Source: Eledone cirrhosa
Lineage: Eukaryota
Direction: 5' to 3'
Length of the DNA: 64,000 nt
Assembly: GCA_964016885.1 (NCBI GenBank)
Contig: OZ024750.1
Location: forward strand, 38,998,001-39,062,000
Shown: piece by piece, positions 13,651 to 26,800 of the stretch
How the letters are laid out: each line of letters starts with the position of its first letter
Position numbering within the stretch: the stretch's first letter is position 1
Translations under genes and position numbers: made by a program
The notes under the pieces: generated by a model
What the model saw: only the letters and a program-made list of their open reading frames with translations
The model's database searches: none
Told to the model about the DNA's origin: nothing

Positions 13651-16600
13651 ACTGGGTACCTCTACGGTGACAGTGCTTCTTGTTAACTATGACCTGGGTA
13701 CCTCTACGGTGACAGTGGTTCTTGTTAACTATTAACTGGGTACCTCTACGGTGACAGTGGTTCTTGTTAACTATTAACTGGGTACCTCTACGGTGACAGT
13801 GGTTCTTGTTAACTATTAACTGGGTACCTCTACGGTGACAGTGGTTCTTGTTAACTATTAACTGGGTACCTCTACGGTGACAGTGCTTCTTGTTAACTAT
13901 TAACTGGGTACCTCTACGGTGACAGTGCTTCTTGTTAACTATTAACTGGGTACCTCTACGGTGACAGTGCTTCTTGTTAACTATTACCTGGGTACCTCTA
14001 CGGTGACAGTGGTTCTTGTTAACTATTAACTGGGTACCTCTACGGTGACAGTGGTTCTTGTTAACTATTAACTGGGTACCTCTACGGTGACAGTGGTTCT
14101 TCTTAACTATTAACTGGGTACCTCTACGGTGACAGTGGTTCTTGTTAACTATTACCTGGGTACCTCTACGGTGACAGTGGTTCTTGTTAACTATTACCTG
14201 GATACCTCTACGGTGACAGTGGTTCTTGTTAACTATTAACTGGGTACCTCTACGGTGACAGTGCTTCTTGTTAACTATTACCTGGGTACCTCTACGGTGA
14301 CAGTGCTTCTTGTTAACTATGACCTGGTTACCTCTACGGTGACAGTGGTTCTTGTTAACTATTACCTGGATACCTCTACGGTGACAGTGCTTCTTGTTAA
14401 CTATTAACTGGGTACCTCTACGGTGACAGTGCTTCTTGTTAACTATGACCTGGGTACCTCTACGGTGACAGTGCTTCTTGTTAACTATTACCTGGATACC
14501 TCTACGGTGACAGTGCTTCTTGTTAACTATTAACTGGGTACCTCTACGGTGACAGTGCTTCTTGTTAACTATGACCTGGGTACCTCTACGGTGACAGTGC
14601 TTCTTGTTAACTATTACCTGGGTACCTCTACGGTGACAGTGCTTCTTGTTAACTATTACCTGGGTACCTCTACGGTGACAGTGGTTCTTGTTAACTATTA
14701 CCTGGATACCTCTACGGTGACAGTGGTTCTTGTTAACTATTACCTGGGTACCTCTACGGTGACAGTGGTTCTTGTTAACTATTACCTGGGTACCTCTACG
14801 GTGACAGTGGTTCTTGTTAACTATTACCTGGATACCTCTACGGTGACAGTGGTTCTTGTTAACTATTACCTGGGTACCTCTACGGTAACAGTGGTTCTTG
14901 TTAACTATTACCTGGATACCTCTACGGTGACAGTGGTTCTTGTTAACTATTACCTGGGTACCTCTACGGTGACAGTGCTTCTTGTTAACTATTAACTGGA
15001 TACCTCTACGGTGACAGTGCTTCTTGTTAACTATTAACTGGGTACCTCTACGGTGACAGTGCTTCTTGTTAACTATTACCTGGGTACCTCTACGGTGACG
15101 GTGGTTCTTGTTAACTATTACCTGGGTACCTCTACGGTGACAGTGGTTCTTGTTAACTATTACCTGGATACCTCTACGGTGACAGTGCTTCTTGTTAACT
15201 ATTACCTGTGTACCTCTACGGTGACAGTGCTTCTTGTTAACTATTACCTGGGTACCTCTACGGTGACAGTGCTTCTTGTTAACTATTACCTGGGTACTTC
15301 TACGATGACAGTGGTTCTTGTTAACTATTACCTGGGTACCTCTACGGTGACAGTGGTTCTTGTTAACTATTAACTGGGTACCTCTACGGTGACAGTGGTT
15401 CTTGTTAACTATTAACTGGGTACCTCTACGGTGACAGTGGTTCTTGTTAACTATTACCTGGGTACCTCTACGGTGACAGTGGTTCTTGTTAACTATTAAC
15501 TGGGTACCTCTACGGTGACAGTGCTTCTTGTTAACTATTAACTGGGTACCTCTACGGTGACAGTACTTCTTGTTAACTATTACCTGGGTACCTCTACGGT
15601 GACAGTGGTTCTTGTTAACTATTAACTGGGTACCTCTACGGTGACAGTGGTTCTTGTTAACTATTAACTGGGTACCTCTACGGTGACAGTGGTTCTTGTT
15701 AACTATGACCTGGGTACCTGTACGGTGACAGTGGTTCTTGTTAACTATTACCTGGGTACCTCTACGGTGACAGTGCTTCTAGTTAACTATTACCTGGGTA
15801 CCTCTACGGTGACAGTGGTTCTTGTTAACTATTAACTGGGTACCTCTACGATGACAGTGGTTCTTGTTAACTATTACCTGGGTACCTCTACGGTGACAGT
15901 GGTTCTTGTTAACTATTACCTGGATACCTCTACGGTGACAGTGCTTCTTGTTAACTATTACCTGGGTACCTCTACGGTGACAGTGCTTCTTGTTAACTAA
16001 TACCTGGGTACCTCTACGGTGACAGTGCTTCTTGTTAACTATTACCTGGGTACTTCTACGATGACAGTGCTTCTTGTTAACTATTAACTGGGTACCTCTA
16101 CGGTGACAGTGCTTCTTGTTAACTATTAACTGGGTACCTCTACGGTGACAGTGCTTCTTGTTAACTATGACCTGGGTACCTCTACGGTGACAGTGGTTCT
16201 TGTTAACTATTAACTGGGTACCTCTACGGTGACAGTGGTTCTTGTTAACTATTAACTGGGTACCTCTACGGTGACAGTGGTTCTTGTTAACTATTAACTG
16301 GGTACCTCTACGGTGACAGTGGTTCTTGTTAATTATTAACTGGGTACCTCTACGGTGACAGTGCTTCTTGTTAACTATTAACTGGGTACCTCTACGGTGA
16401 CAGTGCTTCTTGTTAACTATTAACTGGGTACCTCTACGGTGACAGTGCTTCTTGTTAACTATTACCTGGGTACCTCTACGGTGACAGTGGTTCTTGTTAA
16501 CTATTAACTGGGTACCTCTACGGTGACAGTGGTTTTGTTAACTATTAACTGGGTACCTCTACGGTGACAGTGGTTCTTCTTAACTATTAACTGGGTACCT

Positions 16601-17660
16601 CTACGGTGACAGTGGTTCTTGTTAACTATTACCTGGGTACCTCTACGGTGACAGTGGTTCTTGTTAACTATTACCTGGATACCTCTACGGTGACAGTGGT
16701 TCTTGTTAACTATTAACTGGGTACCTCTACGGTGACAGTGCTTCTTGTTAACTATTACATGGGTACCTCTACGGTGACAGTGCTTCTTGTTAACTATGAC
16801 CTGGGTACCTCTACGGTGACAGTGGTTCTTGTTAACTATTACCTAGATACCTCTACGGTGACAGTGCTTCTTGTTAACTATTAACTGGGTACCTCTACGG
16901 TGACAGTGCTTCTTGTTAACTATGACCTGGGTACCTCTACGGTGACAGTGCTTCTTGTTAACTATTACCTGGGTACCTCTACGGTGACAGTGCTTCTTGT
17001 TAACTATTAACTGGGTACCTCTACGGTGACAGTGCTTCTTGTTAACTATGACCTGGGTACCTCTACGGTGACAGTGCTTCTTGTTAACTATTACCTGGGT
17101 ACCTCTACGGTGACAGTGCTTCTTGTTAACTATTACCTGGGTACCTCTACGGTGACAGTGGTTCTTGTTAACTATTACCTGGATACCTCTAAGGTGACAG
17201 TGGTTCTTGTTAACTATTACCTGGGTACCTCTACGGTGGCAGTGGTTCTTGTTAACTATTACCTGGGTACCTCTACGGTGACAGTGGTTCTTGTTAACTA
17301 TTACCTGGATACCTCTACGGTGACAGTGCTTCTTGTTAACTATTACCTGGGTACCTCTACGGTAACAGTGGTTCTTGTTAACTATTACCTGGATACCTCT
17401 ACGGTGACAGTGGTTCTTGTTAACTATTACCTGGGTACCTCTACGGTGACAGTGCTTCTTGTTAACTATTAACTGGATACCTCTACGGTGACAGTGCTTC
17501 TTGTTAACTATTAACTGGGTACCTCTACGGTGAGAGTGCTTCTTGTTAACTATTATTGGGTACCTCTTCGGTGACGGTGGTTCTTGTTAACTATTACCTG
17601 GGTACCTCTACGGTGACAGTGGTTCTTGTTAACTATTACCTGGATACCTCTACGGTGACA
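13560..17660. repeat. Higher-order duplication, offset 2477-2478 bp (59 monomers); second copy more degenerate
   Basis: TACTTCTACGATG at ~13573/16051, CTTCTTAAC at ~14100/~16577, ORF starts 14549/17026, GTGACGGTGG at ~15095/17571. A 1-bp deletion at ~16535 explains the shift from 2478 to 2477. Confidence 0.88.
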
Positions 17661-20039
17661 GTGCTTCTTGTTAACTATTAACTGGGTACCTCTACGGTGA
17701 CAGTGCTTCTTGTTAACTATTACCTAGGTACCTCTACGGTGACAGTGCTTCTTGTTAACTATTACCTAGGTACCTCTACGGTGACAGTGGTTCTTGTTAA
17801 CTATTACCTGGGTACCTCTACGGTGACAGTGCTTCTTGTTAACTATTACCTGGGTACCTCTACGGTGACAGTGCTTCTTGTTAACTATTACCTGGGTACC
17901 TCTACGGTTACAGCGCTTCTTCTTAACTATTACCTGGGTACCTCTACGGTGACAGTGGTTCTTGTTAACTATTACCTGGGTACCTCTACAGTGACAGTGG
18001 TTCTTGTTAACTATTACCTGGGTACCTCTACAGTGACAGTGGTTCTTGTTAACTATTACCTGGGTACCTCTACGGTGACAGTGGTTCTTGTTAACTATTA
18101 CCTGGGTACCTCTACGGTGACAGTGCTTCTTGTTAACTATTACCTGGGTACCTCTACGGTGACAGTGGTTCTTGTTAACTATTACCTGGGTACCTCTACG
18201 GTGACAGTGCTTCTTGTTAACTATTACCTGGGTACCTCTACGGTGACAGTGCTTCTTGTTAACTATTACCTGGGTACCTCTACGGTGACAGTGGTTCTTG
18301 TTAACTATTACCTGGGTACCTCTACGGTGACAGTGCTTCTTGTTAACTATTACCTGGGTACCTCTACGGTGACAGTGCTTCTTGTTAACTATTACCTGGG
18401 TACCTCTACGGTGACAGTGGTTCTTGTTAACTATGACCTGGGTACCTCTACGGTGACAGTGGTTCTTGTTAACTATTACCTGGGTACCTCTACGGTGACA
18501 GTGCTTCTTGTTAACTATGACCTGGGTACCTCTACGGTGACAGTGGTTCTTGTTAACTATTACCTGGGTACCTCTACGGTGACAGTGGTTCTTGTTAACT
18601 ATTACCTGGGTACCTCTACGGTGACAGTGGTTCTTGTTAACTATTACCTGGGTACCTCTACGATGACTGCTTCTTGTTAACTATTACCTGGGTACCTCTA
18701 CGGTGACAGTGCTTCTTATTAACTATTAACTGGGTACCTCTACGGTGACAGTGCTTCTTGTTAACTATTACCTGGGTACCTCTACGGTGACAGTGGTTCT
18801 TGTTAACTATTACCTGGGTACCTCTACGGTGACAGTGCTTCTTGTTAACTATTACCTGGGTACCTCTACGGTGACAGTGGTTCTTGTTAACTATTACCTG
18901 GGTACCTCTACGGTGACAGTGCTTCTTGTTAACTATTACCTGGATACCTCTACGGTGACAGTGCTTCTTGTTAACTATTAACTGGGTACCTCTACGGTGA
19001 CAGTGCTTCTTGTTAACTATTACCTGGGTACCTCTACGGTGACACTGCTTCTTGTTAACTATTAACTGGGTACCTCTACGGTGACAGTGCTTCTTGTTAA
19101 CTATTACCTGGGTACCTCTACGGTGACAGTGCTTCTTGTTAACTATTACCTGGGTACCTCTACGGTAACAGTGCTTCTTGTTAACTATTAACTGGGTACC
19201 TCTACGGTGACAGTGCTTCTTGTTAACTATTAACTGGGTACCTCTACGGTGACAGTGGTTCTTGTCAACTATTACCTGGGTACCTCTACGGTGACAGTGC
19301 TTCTTGTTAACTATTACCTGGATACCTCTACGGTGACAGTGCTTCTTGTTAACTATAAACTGGGTACCTCTACGGTGACAGTGCTTCTTGTTAACTATTA
19401 CCTGGGTACCTCTACGGTGACAGTGCTTCTTGTTAACTATTAACTGGGTACCTCTACGGTGACAGTGCTTCTTGTTAACTATTACCTGGGTACCTCTACG
19501 GTGACAGTGCTTCTTGTTAACTATTACCTGGGTACCTCTACGGTGACAGTGGTTCTTGTTAACTATTACCTGGATACCTCTACGGTGACAGTGGTTCTTG
19601 TTAACTATTACCTGGGTACCTCTACGGTGATAGTGGTTCTTGTTAACTATTACCTGGATACCACTACAGTGACAGTGCTTCTTGTTAACTATTAACTGGG
19701 TACCTGTACGGTGACAGTGCTTCTTGTTAACTATTACCTGGCTACCTCTACGGTGACAGTGCTTCTTGTTAACTATTAACTGGGTACCTCTACGGTGACA
19801 GTGCTTCTTGTTAACTATTACCTGGGTACCTCTACGGTGACAGTGCTTCTTGTTAACTATTACCTGGGTACCTCTACGGTGACAGTGCTTCTTGTTAACT
19901 ATTAACTGGGTACCTCTACGGTGACAGTGCTTTTTGTTAACTATTACCTGGGTACCTCTACGGTGACAGTGCTTCTTGTTAACTATTACCTGGGTACCTC
20001 TACGGTGACAGTGGTTCTTGTTAACTATTACCTGGATAC

Positions 20040-21160
20040 CTCTACGGTGACAGTGGTTCTTGTTAACTATTACCTGGATACCTCTACGGTGACAGTGGTT
20101 CTTGTTAACTATTACCTGGGTACATCTACGGTGACAGTGGTTCTTGTTAACTATTACCTGGGTACCTCTACGGTGACAGTGGTTCTTGTTAACTATTACC
20201 TGGATACCTCTACGGTGACAGTTGTTCTTGTTAACTATTACCTGGGTACCTCTACGGTGACAGTGGTTCTTGTTAACTATTACCTGGATACCTCTACGGT
20301 GACAGTGGTTCTTGTTAACTATTACCTGGATACCTCTACGGTGACAGTGGTTCTTGTTAACTATTACCTGGGTACCTCTACGGTGACAGTGGTTCTTGTT
20401 AACTATTACCTGGGTACCTCTACGGTGACAGTGCTTCTTGTTAACTATTACCTGGGTACCTCTACGGTGACAGTGCTTCTTGTTAACTATTACCTGGATG
20501 CCTCTACTGTGACAGTGGTTCTTGTTAACTATTACCTGGGTACCTCTACGGTGACAGTGGTTCTTGTTAACTATTACCTGGGTACCTCTACGGTGACAGT
20601 GCTTCTTGTTAACTATTACCTGGATACCTCTACGGTGACAGTGGTTCTTGTTAACTATTACCTGGGTACCTCTACGGTGACAGTGGTTCTTGTTAACTAT
20701 TACCTGGGTACCTCTACGGTGACAGTGGTTCTTGTTAACTATTACCTGGATACCTCTACGGTGACAGTGGTTCTTGTTAACTATTACCTGGGTACCTCTA
20801 CGGTGACAGTGGTTCTTGTTAACTATTACCTGGATACCTCTACGGTGACAGTGGTTCTTGTTAACTATTACCTGGATACCTCTACGGTGACAGTGGTTCT
20901 TGTTAACTATTACCTGGGTACCTCTACGGTGACAGTGGTTCTTGTTAACTATTACCTGGGTACCTCTACGGTGACAGTGCTTCTTGTTAACTATTACCTG
21001 GGTACCTCTACGGTGACAGTGCTTCTTGTTAACTATTACCTGGATGCCTCTACTGTGACAGTGGTTCTTGTTAACTATTACCTGGGTACCTCTACGGTGA
21101 CAGTGGTTCTTGTTAACTATTACCTGGGTACCTCTACGGTGACAGTGCTTCTTGTTAACT
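20040..21160. repeat. Local duplication, offset 546 bp (13 monomers)
   Basis: The double variant GGATGCCTCTACTGTG occurs at ~20496 and ~21042 with a matching surrounding allele order. Confidence 0.85.
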
Positions 21161-22924
21161 ATTACCTGGGTACCTCTACGGTGACAGTGCTTCTTGTTAA
21201 CTATTAACTGGGTACCTCTACGGTGACAGTGGTTCTTGTTAACTATTAACTGGGTACCTCTACGGTGACAGTGGTTCTTCTTAACTATTAACTGGGTACC
21301 TCTACGGTGACAGTGGTTCTTGTTAACTATTACCTGGGTACCTCTACGGTGACAGTGGTCCTTGTTAACTATTACCTGGATACCTCTACGGTGACAGTGG
21401 TTCTTGTTAACTATTAACTGGGTACCTCTACGGTGACAGTGCTTCTTGTTAACTATTACCTGGATACCTCTACGGTGACAGTGCTTCTTGTTAACTATGA
21501 CCTGGGTACCTCTACGGTGACAGTGGTTCTTGTTAACTATTACCTGGATACCTCTACGGTGACAGTGGTTCTTGTTAACTATTAACTGGGTACCTCTACG
21601 GTGACAGTAGTTCTTATTAACTATTACCTGGGTACCTCTACGGTGACAGTGGTTCTTGTTAACTATGACCTGGGAACCTCTACGGTGACAGTGCTTCTTG
21701 TTAACTATTACCTGGATACCTCTACGGTGACAGTGCTTCTTGTTAACTATTAACTGGGTACCTCTACGGTGACAGTGCTTCTTGTTAACTATGACCTGGG
21801 TACCTCTACGGTGACAGTGCTTCTTGTTAACTATTACCTGGGTACCTCTACGGTGACAGTGCTTCTTGTTAACTATTACCTGGGTACCTCTACGGTGACA
21901 GTGGTTCTTGTTAACTATTACCTGGATACCTCTACGGTGACAGTGGTTCTTGTTAACTATTACCTGGGTACCTCTACGGTGACAGTGGTTCTTGTTAACT
22001 ATTACCTGGGTACCTCTACGGTGACAGTGGTTCTTGGTAACTATTACCTGGATACCTCTACGGTGACAGTGCTTCTTGTTAACTATTACCTGGGTACCTC
22101 TACGGTAACAGTGGTTCTTGTTAACTATTACCTGGATACCTCTACGGTGACAGTGGTTCTTGTTAACTATTACCTGGGTACCTCTACGGTGACAGTGCTT
22201 CTTGTTAACTATTAACTGGATACCTCTACGGTGACAGTGCTTCTTGTTAACTATGACCTGGGTACCTCTACGGTGACAGTGCTTCTTGTTAACTATTACC
22301 TGGGTACCTCTACGGTGACAATGGTTCTTGTTAACTATTACCTGGGTACCTCTACGGTGACAGTGCTTCTTGTTAACTATTACCTGGGTACCTCTACAGT
22401 GACAGTGGTTCTTGTTAACTATTACCTGGGTACCTCTACGGTGACAGTGGTTCTTGTTAACTATTACCTGGGTACCTCTACGGTGACAGTGCTTCTTGTT
22501 AACTATTACCTGGGTACCTCTACGATGACAGTGGTTCTTGTTAACTATTACCTGGGTACCTCTACGGTGACAGTGCTTCTTGTTAACTATTACCTGGGTA
22601 CCTCTACGGTGACAGTGCTTCTTGTTAACTATTACCTGGGTACCTCTACGGTGACAGTGGTTCTTGTTAACTATTACCTGGGTACCTCTACGCTGACAGT
22701 GCTTCTTGTTAACTATTACCTGGGTACCTCTACGGTGACAGTGCTTCTTGTTAACTATTACCTGGGTACCTCTACGGTGACAGTGGTTCTTGTTAACTAT
22801 GACCTGGGTACCTCTACGGTGACAGTGGTTCTTGTTAACTATTACCTGGGTACCTCTACGGTGACAGTGCTTCTTGTTAACTATGACCTGGGTACCTCTA
22901 CGGTGACAGTGGTTCTTGTTAACT

Positions 22925-22950
22925 ATTACCTGGCTGACAGTCGTTCTTGT
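22925..22950. other. 31-bp monomer (11-bp deletion), copy 1
   Basis: ATTACCTGGCTGACAGTCGTTC: ACCTCTACGGT is missing, with an extra G>C. Confidence 0.92.
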
Positions 22951-25900
22951 TAACTATTACCTGGGTACCTCTACGGTGACAGTGGTTCTTGTTAACTATT
23001 ACCTGGGTACCTCTACGATGACTGCTTCTTGTTAACTATTACCTGGGTACCTCTACGGTGACAGTGCTTCTTGTTAACTATTAACTGGGTACCTCTACGG
23101 TGACAGTGCTTCTTGTTAACTATTACCTGGGTACCTCTACGGTGACAGTGGTTCTTGTTAACTATTACCTGGGTACCGCTACGGTGACAGTGCTTCTTGT
23201 TAACTATTACCTGGGTACCTCTACGGTGACAGTGGTTCTTGTTAACTATTACCTGGGTACCTCTACGGTGACAGTGCTTCTTGTTAACTATTACCTTGAT
23301 ACCTCTACGGTGACAGTGCTTCTTGTTAACTATTAACTGGGTACATCTACGGTGACAGTGCTTCTTGTTAACTATTACCTGGGTACCTCTACGGTGACAG
23401 TGCTTCTTGTTAACTATTAACTGGGTACCTCTACGGTAACAGTGCTTCTTGTTAACTATTAACTGGGTACCTCTACGGTGACAGTGCTTCTTGTTAACTA
23501 TAAACTGGGTACCTCTACGGTGACAGTGCTTCTTGTTAACTATTACCTGGGTACCTCTACGGTGACAGTGCTTCTTGTTAACTATTAACTGGGTACCTCT
23601 ACGGTGACAGTGCTTCTTGTTAACTATTACCTGGGTACCTCTACGGTAACAGTGCTTCTTGTTAACTATTAACTGGGTACCTCTACGGTGACAGTGCTTC
23701 TTGTTAACTATAAACTGGGTACCTCTACGGTGACAGTGCTTCTTGTTAACTATTACCTGGGTACCTCTACGGTGACAGTGCTTCTTGTTAACTATTAACT
23801 GGGTACCTCTACGGTGACAGTGCTTCTTGTTAACTATTACCTGGGTACCTCTACGGTGACAGTGCTTCTTGTTAACTATTACCTGGGTACCTCTACGGTG
23901 ACAGTGGTTCTTGTTAACTATTACCTGGATACCTCTACGGTGACAGTGGTTCTTGTTAACTATTACCTGGGTACCTCTACGGTGACAGTGGTTCTTGTTA
24001 ACTATTACCTGGATACCTCTACGGTGACAGTGCTTCTTGTTAACTATTAACTGGGTACCTCTACGGTGACAGTGCTTCTTGTTAACTATTACATGGCTAC
24101 CTCTACGGTGACAGTGCTTCTTGTTAACTATTAACTGGGTACCTCTACGGTAACAGTGCTTCTTGTTAACTATTACCTGGGTACCTCTACGGTGACAGTG
24201 CTTCTTGTTAACTATTACCTGGGTACCTCTACGGTGACAGTGCTTCTTGTTAACTATTAACTGGGTACCTCTACGGTGACAGTGCTTCTTGTTAACTATT
24301 ACCTGGGTACCTCTACGGTGACAGTGCTTCTTGTTAACTATTACCTGGGTACCTCTACGGTGACAGTGGTTCTTGTTAACTATTACCTGGATACCTCTAC
24401 GGTGACAGTGGTTCTTGTTAACTATTACCTGGATACCTCTACGGTGACAGTGGTTCTTGTTAACTATTACCTGGATACCTCTACGGTGACAGTGGTTCTT
24501 GTTAACTATTACCTGGGTACCTCTACGGTGACAGTGGTTCTTGTTAACTATTACCTGGATACCTCTACGGTGACAGTGGTTCTTGTTAACTATTACCTGG
24601 GTACCTCTACGGTGACAGTGGTTCTTGTTAACTATTACCTGGATACCTCTACGGTGACAGTGGTTCTTGTTAACTATTACCTGGATACCTCTACGGTGAC
24701 AGTTGTTCTTGTTAACTATTACCTGGGTACCTCTACGGTGACAGTGGTTCTTGTTAACTATTACCTGGGTACCTCTACGGTGACAGTGCTTCTTGTTAAC
24801 TATTACCTGGGTACCTCTACGGTGACAGTGCTTCTTGTTAACTATTACCTGGATACCTCTACGGTGACAGTGGTTCTTGTTAACTATTACCTGGGTACCT
24901 CTACGGTGACAGTGGTTCTTGTTAACTATTACCTGGGTACCTCTACGGTGACAGTGGTTCTTGTTAACTATTACCTGGGTACCTCTACGGTGACAGTGCT
25001 TCTTGTTAACTATTACCTGGGTACCTCTACGGTGACAGTGCTTCTTGTTAACTATTAACTGGGTACCTCTACGGTGACAGTGGTTCTTGTTAACTATTAA
25101 CTGGGTACCTCTACGGTGACAGTGGTTCTTCTTAACTATTAACTGGGTACCTCTACGGTGACAGTGGTTCTTGTTAACTATTACCTGGGTACCTCTACGG
25201 TGACAGTGGTCCTTGTTAACTATTACCTGGATACCTCTACGGTGACAGTGGTTCTTGTTAACTATTAACTGGGTACCTCTACGGTGACAGTGCTTCTTGT
25301 TAACTATTACCTGGATACCTCTACGGTGACAGTGCTTCTTGTTAACTATGACCTGGGTACCTCTACGGTGACAGTGGTTCTTGTTAACTATTACCTGGAT
25401 ACCTCTACGGTGACAGTGGTTCTTGTTAACTATTAACTGGGTACCTCTACGGTGACAGTAGTTCTTATTAACTATTACCTGGGTACCTCTACGGTGACAG
25501 TGGTTCTTGTTAACTATGACCTGGGAACCTCTACGGTGACAGTGCTTCTTGTTAACTATTACCTGGATACCTCTACGGTGACAGTGCTTCTTGTTAACTA
25601 TTAACTGGGTACCTCTACGGTGACAGTGCTTCTTGTTAACTATGACCTGGGTACCTCTACGGTGACAGTGCTTCTTGTTAACTATTACCTGGGTACCTCT
25701 ACGGTGACAGTGCTTCTTGTTAACTATTACCTGGGTACCTCTACGGTGACAGTGGTTCTTGTTAACTATTACCTGGATACCTCTACGGTGACAGTGGTTC
25801 TTGTTAACTATTACCTGGGTACCTCTACGGTGACAGTGGTTCTTGTTAACTATTACCTGGGTACCTCTACGGTGACAGTGGTTCTTGGTAACTATTACCT

Positions 25901-26775
25901 GGATACCTCTACGGTGACAGTGCTTCTTGTTAACTATTACCTGGGTACCTCTACGGTAACAGTGGTTCTTGTTAACTATTACCTGGATACCTCTACGGTG
26001 ACAGTGGTTCTTGTTAACTATTACCTGGGTACCTCTACGGTGACAGTGCTTCTTGTTAACTATTAACTGGATACCTCTACGGTGACAGTGCTTCTTGTTA
26101 ACTATGACCTGGGTACCTCTACGGTGACAGTGCTTCTTGTTAACTATTACCTGGGTACCTCTACGGTGACAATGGTTCTTGTTAACTATTACCTGGGTAC
26201 CTCTACGGTGACAGTGCTTCTTGTTAACTATTACCTGGGTACCTCTACAGTGACAGTGGTTCTTGTTAACTATTACCTGGGTACCTCTACGGTGACAGTG
26301 GTTCTTGTTAACTATTACCTGGGTACCTCTACGGTGACAGTGCTTCTTGTTAACTATTACCTGGGTACCTCTACGATGACAGTGGTTCTTGTTAACTATT
26401 ACCTGGGTACCTCTACGGTGACAGTGCTTCTTGTTAACTATTACCTGGGTACCTCTACGGTGACAGTGCTTCTTGTTAACTATTACCTGGGTACCTCTAC
26501 GGTGACAGTGGTTCTTGTTAACTATTACCTGGGTACCTCTACGCTGACAGTGCTTCTTGTTAACTATTACCTGGGTACCTCTACGGTGACAGTGCTTCTT
26601 GTTAACTATTACCTGGGTACCTCTACGGTGACAGTGGTTCTTGTTAACTATGACCTGGGTACCTCTACGGTGACAGTGGTTCTTGTTAACTATTACCTGG
26701 GTACCTCTACGGTGACAGTGCTTCTTGTTAACTATGACCTGGGTACCTCTACGGTGACAGTGGTTCTTGTTAACT

Positions 26776-26800
26776 ATTACCTGGGTGACAGTCGTTCTTG
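26776..26800. other. 31-bp monomer (11-bp deletion), copy 2
   Basis: ATTACCTGGGTGACAGTCGTTC. Confidence 0.92.
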
